A stretch of 64,000 nt of DNA from Candidatus Latescibacterota bacterium (GTDB lineage: Bacteria > Latescibacterota > UBA2968 > UBA8231), in NCBI GenBank assembly GCA_965200315.1, contig OZ241362.1, positions 1,056,001-1,120,000 on the forward strand, given 5' to 3'. Of this stretch, positions 1 through 8,460 are shown in pieces (the stretch's first letter is position 1; every line of letters starts with the position of its first letter). The notes under the pieces were generated by a model that did not search any database, was not told the origin of the DNA, and saw only the letters and a list, made by a program, of their open reading frames with translations. Position numbers and translations under genes: made by a program.

Positions 1-1245
1 CGATTGGATTGTATCGTCCCACCAAGCTGTGAGAGCACGAACTGGGAAATCCCTTTGGTATCGTGTGTAGGTGAGAGTATTGCCAACGATCCGAAGCCGT
101 CCTGCTTTGGCTAGTACATCCATACCTGTCTGGTTGGTCTTCCAGAAAGCACCCCGTGACGGGCTAAGCTTTCTTCCTTCCAAGAAGACTGGGAAATTTG
201 TTTTCTCACCACCGCTTTGGGAAGTAATGTTACTGGCTCGGAAAAGGGAACCAGAGCCTGGAACATAATTTCTCTTTTCACTGGTACTAAGCCGGTGCCA
301 AATACCTGGACTGTCTTCAATGTTAGGAAAAGCATAGGTATCATCACCTGTTTCAATCCATAGCTGGCGGTACTTCATTTTCTCCTTGAACTTAGCGTAT
401 AGAAGTAGCGTATCGTTTACCACGTCCAAATATTGTCCGCCAAGAGCAGAAGTTTTCCTGAATGGGATTGTTGCAACAAAATTCTCCGCCCCAAACACCT
501 CGTCCATCACCGCCCTAACCCGATGCACATTCTCGTCGCCAATCTGCACGAAGATGCTGCCGCTCTCGGTCAACAAATCCCGCGCCACCGTCAGCCTGTC
601 TCGCAAATACGTCAAATACGAATGAATCCCATCGCGCCACGTATCCCGAAACGCCTTCACCTGTTCCGGCTCCCGCGTAATGTGCTCGGCCTTGCCGTCT
701 TTGACGTCGCGGCTAGTCGTTGACCACTGAAAGTTGGAGTTGAACTTGATGCCATACGGTGGGTCGATATAAATGCACTGCACCTTGCCGCGCAGGCCCT
801 CGCGCTCGGCCAGCGACGCCATCACCTGCAAGCTATCGCCCAAAATCATCCGGTTCGACCAATTGGCGTCGTGCTGATAAAATTCGGTCTGCGCGTCCGC
901 GCTCGGCAGCCCGTTAAAATCCGCGAACAAATCGGCCTGCACCTCCGCTTCCTCCGCCTCCTTGCTCCGCTGCCGCAAATCGTCAATCAGCACCTTCGGA
1001 TGCACCTTCTCCTGAATGAACAGCGGCGGCGCTTGCACCACCAAATCCGACCAATTCTGCTCATCCTTCCCGCGCCAAACAAGCTGCGGATCGAGGTCCT
1101 GATTGCGCCGCTCATAAGCGACCTCAATCGGATTCCGGTCGTCGTCGGCCATCACCGCCTGATACTCTGCCGTGGGGATATTCTTCCGCGATGCGTCTTG
1201 GTGCCGCAAAGTTTCGACACGCTTGGCCGATTTTCTTTTTGCCAT
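1..1245 (-). CDS. mod: Type III R-M modification methyltransferase (Mod), runs off the window at its 3' end
   Basis: Not in the ORF track because it is open at the edge. Manual translation from ATG 1245: MAKRKSAKRVETLRHQDASRKNIPTAEY...NRMILGDSLQVMASLAEREGLRGKVQCIYIDPPYGIKFNSN...; DPPY N6-adenine motif; same strand as res. Confidence 0.92.
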   Translation of the reverse strand, partial: MAKRKSAKRVETLRHQDASRKNIPTAEYQAVMADDDRNPIEVAYERRNQDLDPQLVWRGKDEQNWSDLVVQAPPLFIQEKVHPKVLIDDLRQRSKEAEEAEVQADLFADFNGLPSADAQTEFYQHDANWSNRMILGDSLQVMASLAEREGLRGKVQCIYIDPPYGIKFNSNFQWSTTSRDVKDGKAEHITREPEQVKAFRDTWRDGIHSYLTYLRDRLTVARDLLTESGSIFVQIGDENVHRVRAVMDEVFGAENFVATIPFRKTSALGGQYLDVVNDTLLLYAKFKEKMKYRQLWIETGDDTYAFPNIEDSPGIWHRLSTSEKRNYVPGSGSLFRASNITSQSGGEKTNFPVFLEGRKLSPSRGAFWKTNQTGMDVLAKAGRLRIVGNTLTYTRYQRDFPVRALTAWWDDTIQS

Positions 1246-1266
1246 AATTGCAGTCTTTCTACCGTA

Positions 1267-1440
1267 TCACAAACTAGTTCGGTCACAAACCTCGACGGAC
1301 AGGCAACCTTCGACGGCCTCGTAGAGGTTGGTCAGCAATTCTTCAAAAGATTCCCCTTGGGTAGCACAGCCGGGAATAGAGGGTACTTCTGCCCAATATC
1401 CGCCTTCTTCCGCTTGATAGATCACAACTTTCAGTTTCAT
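1267..1440 (-). CDS. hicB: HicB-family antitoxin, probably C-terminally truncated, no hicA partner
   Basis: MKLKVVIYQAEEGGYWAEVPSIPGCATQGESFEELLTNLYEAVEGCL is the typical HicB N-terminal fold; only 57 aa. Confidence 0.8.
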   Translation of the reverse strand: MKLKVVIYQAEEGGYWAEVPSIPGCATQGESFEELLTNLYEAVEGCLSVEVCDRTSL

Positions 1441-1557
1441 GGCTTCCTCATATCCTGAATGTAGAGCCGCCAACTACGCTCTTCTTGGTGGGTATCAGAC
1501 ATTGACCATCTCCTGTTCTATATATGGACGCATCTCCGTCTGTAGTGCTTTGTCAAG
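1437..1557 (-). pseudogene. Relic of an MntA/HepT (nucleotidyltransferase-DUF86) TA pair: 3' end of mntA plus 5' end of hepT
   Basis: 1554-1495 reads DKALQTEMRPYIEQEMVNV* (MntA-like C-terminus); overlapping 1502-1437 reads MSDTHQEERSWRLYIQDM (DUF86-like N-terminus), then stops. Confidence 0.65.
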
Positions 1558-1579
1558 TACGCTCTCGCTCAGGCCAGAA

Positions 1580-1870
1580 TCAGGAAGGCTGCATCACATC
1601 GGCCATGGCTTGCTCGATAGTTTTCGTATCTACGCCATGGTTTTGCAGACTTTCTACGAATAGTTCAAGTCCAAGGTTGTTTTCCAGTCGCATGAGATCA
1701 TGACGGAGACCTTGGCCTATGTAGGCTCGAATGAGCGGTTGGTAGCCGGAGAATCCCAACTGAGGGGCGATTCGTTTAAGATCTTCAATTACATCCTCCG
1801 GCATGCGAATGCTCACTGGGACCATCTTCCGATTCTTATCCAATCGTCTCCGTAACTCATCGCTCTTCAT
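1580..1870 (-). CDS. BrnA-like RHH antitoxin
   Basis: MKSDELRRRLDKNRKMVPVSIRMPEDVIEDLKRIAPQLGFSGYQPLIRAYIGQGLR; overlaps the brnT stop. Confidence 0.8.
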   Translation of the reverse strand: MKSDELRRRLDKNRKMVPVSIRMPEDVIEDLKRIAPQLGFSGYQPLIRAYIGQGLRHDLMRLENNLGLELFVESLQNHGVDTKTIEQAMADVMQPS

Positions 1871-2156
1871 AGCTCTTCCTCTCAGTTGGCGTTGCCGGCC
1901 GCACGGAGATGAGGCGAAATCTGTCGCCATGTCGTTCGGCATAAACAACGCACAGGAGCTTCCATTGGAGGGTCATTCCGATTAGCGTATCTCTGACTTC
2001 ATGCCCGTGATGTTCACTTTCCAATACCAGGACGAATGGGTCGAAGAAGATCTCACAGGCTGCTTCAAAATCAACTCCGTGCTTTTCGATGTTGGCTTCT
2101 GCCTTGTCGCTGTCCCACTCGAATTCAATACCATGAAGCCGAATCGTTACGTCCAT
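1857..2156 (-). CDS. brnT: BrnT-family ribonuclease toxin
   Basis: FEWDSDKAEANIEKHGVDFEAA...LIGMT...VVYAER...RLISVRPATPTERKSY, the canonical BrnT motifs. Confidence 0.9.
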   Translation of the reverse strand: MDVTIRLHGIEFEWDSDKAEANIEKHGVDFEAACEIFFDPFVLVLESEHHGHEVRDTLIGMTLQWKLLCVVYAERHGDRFRLISVRPATPTERKSYEER

Positions 2157-2175
2157 ATCCAGACTCAAATTTACG

Positions 2176-2193
2176 ATTATGTATATACATAAT
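2176..2193. promoter_or_regulatory. Perfect 18-bp palindrome, probable BrnA operator in the brnTA promoter
   Basis: ATTATGTATATACATAAT is its own reverse complement and lies 20 bp upstream of the brnT ATG. Confidence 0.7.
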
Positions 2194-2280
2194 ACAATGT
2201 CGATCCCTGCCGTTGATATACACGACAAGGGCGAGCGTTCTGTTTACTGGTCATGCCGGGCGCAGCGAAGCCTCTCAGAC

Positions 2281-4020
2281 CTAAAGGATCGGAGGTTCGT
2301 ATTCCAACAGGGCCGACTTCCCGATCATCTCAATAAACCGCACGATCCATTCAAACCCGTTGACATCCGTAAGTCGCAAAGGCTGGTTCAACTTGAAGTA
2401 AACGGGTTGCTGCTTGCCCTCCTCAATGGCGACATTCGTCGCGTACAGGTACATGCGGTCGAGATCGTCGAGGATCGGGTTTAGCCGCCCGGTCAAGTTG
2501 GGCAAATGACCTGTTCCCTCTGTGAACACTGTCGAGCCACCTATCGACAGCGGTTTAAGCGGCACGTGCAGCGGTTCCGGCGGATGCCAATCCCGCTTCA
2601 CGTGGGCGGCCCATCCCGGTGCCGCGCAGAAAACGGTGATGGGCAGTTCCGAATGAAATCCAAAACTGACCCGCCCAAACGTATCGGTTTCCTCCTCCAG
2701 CCAAGTCTTGTTGGGATACAGCGCAACCACCTTTGCGCCCGCGAGCGGCCGACCATCGGCGGATACCAACACGTCCCCTTCAATGCCAGACACCGGTGGG
2801 GGAGTAGAAGGTATGGTCAGCCGTAGTTCCGCGCCGCCGAGCAGTTCGTATTCCGGGTCGCGTCCGGTTAGCTCCCTAGTCTGTTCGTAGATAATCGGCA
2901 CCCCTTCGCCGCGTTGCTCCAAGAAGTACTGCCGGTCGCCAGCACCGGCAATATCCCCTACCGCGAGCATGCGGAGGAGGGACGCGAGCGTTTCGTTGCG
3001 GGTGGCTTGTCGATTGCGCATGGCCTCAATGGACAAGGTGTTGGGCAGGGCACCCGGCGAGTACAACTCAAGGCGATCGTCAAAAACGAAGAGCCGTGTC
3101 TTCTCGTTTTCCATGGAGTAGTCGCGGTGAACCACCGCGTTGACGATGGCCTCAAATACCGCCCGCGGGCTAAATTGCGGGGTCTCTACCCGCCCAGGGG
3201 CCTTGCGTGCCGCCACCCGAGTGTTGAGCCTGACGAAGTTGACCGTATCGCGGATCTGCTGGTCCAACGGGCCGGTGATAGACGCCGCATCGTGCTGACT
3301 CGCGCTGCCGAGCGTCGTGCCGCGATAGCGCACCGCTTCGATCACAGCACCGCGTAGGTACTCGTCCGGGCGTGTAGTGCAAAGCAGCACCCCGGCGACC
3401 GTTGCGCGGAGAACGCCGCTGTCGTCTTCCCGCAACAAACCGAGCTTTGTAAGTTGGACCGTTGTAGGCTCGGTGGCGCGCGAACTCAGGAAACGGTCCG
3501 CCAAGGTCGCGTCGAGCGTGTTGGCGCCGGTTTGGGCAACAATCACTTCGTCCAGGCCGAGCCGGCCAGAACGCCCTCGTTGCTGAAACAGACGATTCAA
3601 TGCCTCTGGCGACAGTTCGCGCTTAGTGCTGCCTTGTCGAGAAAGATATCCCCCGGGACTCTTGTGGACCAGCGCACTCTGTTCGACTTCGACGACCAAG
3701 ACAAACGAACCGTCTGGCAGGGCCAACCGTTGGGTGACAAACGCCAGCGGGGGACGGATGCTGTCCGAACAGATCTCGCTGACAAAGGCTTCCAGCGCAT
3801 CCATCTCTCGACGGTTCATCGACCGCACCTCGCCGGCGTCGGACACGCTGAAGATCAAAGTGCCGCCGATGGTGTTGCCAAAAGCGGCCAACTCGTCGGC
3901 GACCGTCTCGCGACGCGGCCCGCGGACGCGGTCGCCAGCGAACACAGCTTCCTTGAACTCGACGCGGCTGTCCTCCCCGAGTTTGAGTTGCTGCAATAAG
4001 CTATCGCTATCCCAGAGCAT
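2281..4020 (-). CDS. Schlafen/AlbA_2 domain + HATPase_c_4 (RecG-C-like) ATP-binding domain + C-terminal beta-sandwich domain
   Basis: GEDSRVEFKE...AAFGNTIGGTLIFSV (AlbA_2); AVFEAIVNAVVHRDYS...LELYSPG...RNETLASLL...EQRGEGV (HATPase_c_4); C-terminal DGRPLAGAKVVAL...TDTFGRVSF; SD GGGGAG before ATG 4020, right after the res stop. Confidence 0.85.
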   Translation of the reverse strand: MLWDSDSLLQQLKLGEDSRVEFKEAVFAGDRVRGPRRETVADELAAFGNTIGGTLIFSVSDAGEVRSMNRREMDALEAFVSEICSDSIRPPLAFVTQRLALPDGSFVLVVEVEQSALVHKSPGGYLSRQGSTKRELSPEALNRLFQQRGRSGRLGLDEVIVAQTGANTLDATLADRFLSSRATEPTTVQLTKLGLLREDDSGVLRATVAGVLLCTTRPDEYLRGAVIEAVRYRGTTLGSASQHDAASITGPLDQQIRDTVNFVRLNTRVAARKAPGRVETPQFSPRAVFEAIVNAVVHRDYSMENEKTRLFVFDDRLELYSPGALPNTLSIEAMRNRQATRNETLASLLRMLAVGDIAGAGDRQYFLEQRGEGVPIIYEQTRELTGRDPEYELLGGAELRLTIPSTPPPVSGIEGDVLVSADGRPLAGAKVVALYPNKTWLEEETDTFGRVSFGFHSELPITVFCAAPGWAAHVKRDWHPPEPLHVPLKPLSIGGSTVFTEGTGHLPNLTGRLNPILDDLDRMYLYATNVAIEEGKQQPVYFKLNQPLRLTDVNGFEWIVRFIEMIGKSALLEYEPPIL

Positions 4021-4022
4021 TA

Positions 4023-7000
4023 TCACTCCCCTATTGTAATCTTCGGCGAGGCTACCAACCGATTGAACTCAGCTTCCATCCCGTACACATCGGTAAACTC
4101 GGCAAAAGCCCAGCGGCCATAATTCCCGTGATTATTCACACCAGGCACCCAATACGCCTCCATGGTCGCCTTCTTGTCCTTGGCGTCTTCCCCCCGATAG
4201 CCCTTGATCTCGACGATCAGATTCAGCAGATCGTCATCGCCACGGCCATCATCAACGCGGACGATAAAATCTGGAATGTACGTCCGCGTTTCCGACCCAC
4301 GCCGATAGGGCACCTCCAAACCGAGATTGTGATTTTTGACGTAGGCTTTGACGTGCGGATGGGATTCTGCGACGCGGCAAAACTCCCCTTCCCAGTCGCT
4401 GTCGAGGACGAGATAGTTGAGGTGACAACGGCGGGAATCGGCCTGCCAGCGGCTGGTCTTGGTCGCGTTGAAATTCACGTGGGCTGTTGAACCAACGGGA
4501 TTGTACGGATCGAGCACCGCTTTGACCGGGCGCCTGTCGATTCCCTCTCGCGTGATAGCCGCCGCGATGCGCTCGCAGGCCGTGTCGGCCAGTTCTTGAT
4601 ACATAAGTTGGGCGGGAAAGGTGTCGCCCTTGCAGTCGAGATAGCCATCGAGCCATTGTTTGGCGATGCGCTTGAGCTGGCCAAAGAGATAGAGCTTAGG
4701 CTCTTCGTCCGGATCGCGGAATTTGGTGTAGAGCAGCCGCTGGGTCAGATGAAACAGGAGGGTCAAGCGCCGCAGGTCGTTGGTGTGCACCAGATTGAGA
4801 TCGACGCCCTCGCCGATAATGCCTTGATTCCTTGTCCTCGACGGACCAACCAAATCGGGCGTCAGTTCCAGTACCGAGTCCTCGTTGAACTCGGCCTTGA
4901 GCCGCTCTTCCGGCAATTCCACCCGATACCCAGCCACCCGAGGAAAGCGAATCTCCAACGCATCTTGTTCGGGCCGCACAGCCTTCACCTGCACGGTCTC
5001 TCGCGGCTGCTTCGGCGAAGCCACGACGGGCTTGGCCGTAAAGTCGAACGGGATGCCCAAGACATCCGCGTACTCCACGTCAAATAGGCCCGCTTCGTTG
5101 AGATCGTAGGACTGCCGCCGCAGCGCCCGGCCAATGACCTGCTCGCAGAGTAGCTGCGTCCCAAAAGCGCGGACGCCCAGTACGTGGCTAACCGTGTTCG
5201 CGTCCCACCCTTCCGTAAGCATCGACACCGACACCACGCAGCGAATCGAATCCCCTAGCCGACCCGGCTTGCCGACGGTATTCATAACCTCGCGGAGCAG
5301 CTCTTGGTCGCTGATGTTCTCGGCCTGACGCCGGTCGCCGGTGCGCTCGATCTTATCCCGCCGAAAGCGGTCGATCTCATCGGCGGCCATATTGCGAAAA
5401 TTGCGGTCGAGCGCGTCGCCGGACTCCAATTGTTCGCTGTCGATGAGCAGGGTGCGGGGCCGGGGGTATTGGTCGCCCTGTTCGTCAAAGTTGCGGAACA
5501 ATTCTAGGCGACCGTTTACCAACGTCGTGCCATCCTCGTTCTCGCGGTGAAAGCCGGAGATATAGTCGTACACCAGCTTGGAGGTCGCAGTGTTGTTGCA
5601 GACCACGATGAAGCACGGCGGCACCCTCATGCCCGCTTCCTCCATCAACTTGAAGGTCTTCTGGTAATGCCCGTAAAGGGCATCTAGGGCGGTCTGCAAC
5701 GGCACGGGTAGGTTGAGAGGATCGAGGGCCTCGGCCTTGCCCCGCCCCTTCTTGGGCATGTCGGTGCGAATGTGTTCCCAGAGGTTGCGGAACTTGGGCA
5801 TTTCGCCGCCGGGGATGTTGTCGGCCACCGGTACGCGGGGTAGTTTGACGATGCCGCATTCAATGGCGTCCATGAGCGAAAAGTCGCACATCGTCCACGG
5901 GAACAACGTGCCTTCGGCGTACCCCGACCCGCGCAAAAAGAAGGGCGTCGCCGAGAGGTCCAGCACCCGGTTGATGCCCAATTTTCGGCCGACGGTTTCC
6001 AGCCCGGAAATCCACAGCCGCGCCGCCGCCCTGTTCTTTTCGGCTTCCTTTCTGTCATCTCCCTTAAGCGTGCCTTCCTCTCCCTCGTCCGGTTTCTCTC
6101 GGTAGCAGTGGTGCGCTTCGTCGTTGAGGACGAGGATGTTCTTTAGGCCCATGAGTTCGGGCGCGACCCGTTGCAGCATCTGCCCCTCGCTCTCCAAGGT
6201 CTCGAGCGCGTCGCCGCGTCCCTGCAGCAAGGAACGGCCGCCGGTGGACAGCTCCAAGCGTTCGCGCCGCTTGAAGGCGTGGTAGTTGGTGATGACGATC
6301 TTGGCCTTTTCCAAGTCGGGCAACATGTCGGGCGGAACCAACTCGCGGCTTTGGTAGTAGCTATCCGGGTCGTTGGGCTGCAGTACGCGCAGGCGATCTT
6401 TGATGGTGATGCCGGGCGTGACCACCAAGAAGCCGCGTGTGAAGCGGCGTCTTTGGGGCCGACGCACCGCGTTGATGGTCTGCCAAGCGATCAACATCGC
6501 CATGACCGTGGTCTTGCCGGTACCGGTCGCCAACTTGAGCGCCAACCTCGGCAGAGGCACATCTGGATTGGCGTCGTTGTTGGCGGCCTTCAGATGTTTG
6601 ATGAAGGCACTACCAGATCGCGTCTTATGCGCAACCTCGGCAAGCCATATAGCGGTCTCTACCGCTTCGATTTGGCAGAAGAAGGGCCGAATGCCGCTAA
6701 AGCGGTGGTGCCGCCAGTGCTGGAGCAGGCGAGCGGTCTCCGGGGTCACTTGCCATTGGCTCGGCTCCGGTAGGCCGCGCCAGCGGTCGACCTGCTGACG
6801 AACTCCGTTGATGATGGCCGTCAGGTCGTATTGCTGGCCGGCGGTTTCGAGCTGCTGCGCCTCCGGGGCGAACACCAACGCAGCTTGTTGCGCGGCTCCC
6901 TTGCGCTTTTTCGGCTGCGGAATTGGCGTAATGAACTCGGCCGGGCGGCGGCTGTCGACGATCTGTTGGGTCGGCTGCCCGGTCTCGTCGAGTTCCCAAT

Positions 7001-7061
7001 GCCGGTTCGGGCGCTCGTATGGCGAGTTGAGGACCGGCTGTTCAAAGAATGGATTTGTCAT
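4023..7061 (-). CDS. res: Type III restriction endonuclease Res subunit (SF2 ATPase + PD-(D/E)XK)
   Basis: LATGTGKT Walker A, LNDEAHH, SVSMLTEGWD, QVIGRALR, C-terminal PDFIVRVDD...IVEIKG. Confidence 0.93.
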   Translation of the reverse strand: MTNPFFEQPVLNSPYERPNRHWELDETGQPTQQIVDSRRPAEFITPIPQPKKRKGAAQQAALVFAPEAQQLETAGQQYDLTAIINGVRQQVDRWRGLPEPSQWQVTPETARLLQHWRHHRFSGIRPFFCQIEAVETAIWLAEVAHKTRSGSAFIKHLKAANNDANPDVPLPRLALKLATGTGKTTVMAMLIAWQTINAVRRPQRRRFTRGFLVVTPGITIKDRLRVLQPNDPDSYYQSRELVPPDMLPDLEKAKIVITNYHAFKRRERLELSTGGRSLLQGRGDALETLESEGQMLQRVAPELMGLKNILVLNDEAHHCYREKPDEGEEGTLKGDDRKEAEKNRAAARLWISGLETVGRKLGINRVLDLSATPFFLRGSGYAEGTLFPWTMCDFSLMDAIECGIVKLPRVPVADNIPGGEMPKFRNLWEHIRTDMPKKGRGKAEALDPLNLPVPLQTALDALYGHYQKTFKLMEEAGMRVPPCFIVVCNNTATSKLVYDYISGFHRENEDGTTLVNGRLELFRNFDEQGDQYPRPRTLLIDSEQLESGDALDRNFRNMAADEIDRFRRDKIERTGDRRQAENISDQELLREVMNTVGKPGRLGDSIRCVVSVSMLTEGWDANTVSHVLGVRAFGTQLLCEQVIGRALRRQSYDLNEAGLFDVEYADVLGIPFDFTAKPVVASPKQPRETVQVKAVRPEQDALEIRFPRVAGYRVELPEERLKAEFNEDSVLELTPDLVGPSRTRNQGIIGEGVDLNLVHTNDLRRLTLLFHLTQRLLYTKFRDPDEEPKLYLFGQLKRIAKQWLDGYLDCKGDTFPAQLMYQELADTACERIAAAITREGIDRRPVKAVLDPYNPVGSTAHVNFNATKTSRWQADSRRCHLNYLVLDSDWEGEFCRVAESHPHVKAYVKNHNLGLEVPYRRGSETRTYIPDFIVRVDDGRGDDDLLNLIVEIKGYRGEDAKDKKATMEAYWVPGVNNHGNYGRWAFAEFTDVYGMEAEFNRLVASPKITIGE

Positions 7062-7188
7062 AGCGATCAAATTGGTTGGCCGGGGCGTCCGGAGTCAAAA
7101 AAAGCCCCCAGAATTCTGCATCCGCTGCGCCTAGCGCAACAGGCGTACTCTTCAAGGGGCAAGCACTCTGACGCCGAATTGTCTTGGG

Positions 7189-7500
7189 TCAAACGCCGAG
7201 CTTAGGCTGGCCATCCCGCCGCTCGGCGGTGCGTTCCTTAGTCCACATCTCGATGGTGCTGTTCAATAGCTGCGAAAAGGCCATCGCATGCTGGGGGGAC
7301 ATCGCCACGCGGGCCTTCTTTTCGCGTATGATGTCGCCTTTTTCATCTTCCGTGATCTCGAAAAACAAAATCCTGAAATCCCACAGCGAGAATCCCATTT
7401 CAACGTGATTCGAGTACGTCGAAATATACTCTGCCGCTCGCTGCTGTGGCAGTTCATTGATGTTTACAGGCTCATCTTGTGGCCTGTGCTTCGCACTCAT
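7189..7500 (-). CDS. DUF3467-family protein
   Basis: YSNHVEMGFSLWDFRILFFEI...ARVAMSPQHAMAFSQLL matches the DUF3467 pattern (Y.N......D..L.F ... RV.MSP..AK.L); overlaps the upstream gene by 29 bp. Confidence 0.75.
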   Translation of the reverse strand: MSAKHRPQDEPVNINELPQQRAAEYISTYSNHVEMGFSLWDFRILFFEITEDEKGDIIREKKARVAMSPQHAMAFSQLLNSTIEMWTKERTAERRDGQPKLGV

Positions 7501-8044
7501 ACGGTGTCCTTTCTGTGAAACAATGGGTACTGGGTTCCGTGCTAGCGAGAATCACGTTACGAGTCTGAGTTTCTGTCGACTGAAGGGATAGCACGCGCTC
7601 TGCGGGCAGGGCCTGCATCTTGAGCTCGAATTTGCGGTTGGTTGTGTAAGATGCTGTCGGCACCAACATATCGGTAACCTCCACAACCCTTTCTACGTGG
7701 TCTTCTGCAAAGCTAGGAACGCGAAACGTCTCGGGATCAAAGGCCGTTTCCCGCCGTACCAACTCGCTAAACGGGACAAATTGGACCAGCAAGCCCACGT
7801 CAAAGGCGGCTGCCAATCGGTACAGCGTCCTCAGTGATAGCGGATCCCGACCAGGCTGTTCAATATGGGATATCCGCGCTTGCGGAATGCCGCTCCGCTC
7901 CGCGAGTTGGGTTTGCGTCCAGCCGCGTGCTTTGCGGATTGCTCGGATCTGAAAAGGCACCTCAATGGAGTGCTGAGCTTCCGTATAGCCGTCTCGGTAC
8001 GCTTTGTCGCGCAGTTTGCGCCAGAGCTTAGTAATCGAACTCAT
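7472..8044 (-). CDS. HigA-like XRE HTH antitoxin/regulator with long C-terminal extension
   Basis: FQIRAIRKARGWTQTQLAERSGIPQARISHIE...SLRTLYRLAAAFDVGLLVQFVPFS, followed by a tail of about 75 aa. Confidence 0.85.
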   Translation of the reverse strand: MSSITKLWRKLRDKAYRDGYTEAQHSIEVPFQIRAIRKARGWTQTQLAERSGIPQARISHIEQPGRDPLSLRTLYRLAAAFDVGLLVQFVPFSELVRRETAFDPETFRVPSFAEDHVERVVEVTDMLVPTASYTTNRKFELKMQALPAERVLSLQSTETQTRNVILASTEPSTHCFTERTPYECEAQATR

Positions 8045-8396
8045 GGATGCTTGCCTTCCCGTTTTCTATTTCATTGCGGCGTTGTACCGCCGTATTATAG
8101 GCTTCCGTAGGTCTATACCGAGCGTCCTTGTGTATGCAGCCGCAGAGCAATGTCAATTGTCTATCGGAAGGAACGTAACAAAATATCCGATGCGGAACTC
8201 TATTTTCGCCTCACCAACGCGCCTCCTATAACGCACGAAATTTCTTGAAATGCGGCGGTTGAAGCCGGTTGAGTTGTCGGGCGATGCGCCAGAATCGGTC
8301 GGCTCTCGCTCTGTTTTTCACTGATAACTCTCCATACCATTCCGATACAACAGGGCACTTCCCTGACGTACTCTGATATTCCCGGAGGTTCCACAT
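8028..8396 (-). pseudogene. HigB/RelE-like toxin pseudogene with two in-frame stops
   Basis: Manual translation: MWNLREYQSTSGKCPVVSEWYGELSVKNRARADRFWRIARQLNRLQPPHFKKFRAL*EARW*GENRVPHRIFCYVPSDRQLTLLCGCIHKDARYRPTEAYNTAVQRRNEIENGKASIHEFDY*; TAG at 8228-8226, TGA at 8213-8211; overlaps the higA start. Confidence 0.8.
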
Positions 8397-8401
8397 CCTC
8401 A

Positions 8402-8429
8402 ATTATCACTTTTTTGTGATAATCGTCAA
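8402..8429 (-). promoter_or_regulatory. Sigma70 promoter (TTGACG-16-GATAAT) with overlapping inverted-repeat operator ATTATCAC-N6-GTGATAAT
   Basis: Perfect 8-bp inverted repeat at 8402-8409 and 8416-8423; the -10 element ends 5 nt before the toxin ATG. Confidence 0.7.
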
Positions 8430-8460
8430 TTTTCGTCTAATCTGCAAGCACGGGTTCCGC

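Noticed and set aside
8211-8228. Stop-codon recoding (Sec/Pyl or alternative code) in the toxin
   Set aside because: TAG and TGA terminate ordinary genes in this window, and two different stops fit pseudogenisation better
1-8460. Prophage or integrative element as carrier of the defence island
   Set aside because: No integrase, transposase, tRNA or att repeat is visible, and the left boundary lies outside the window
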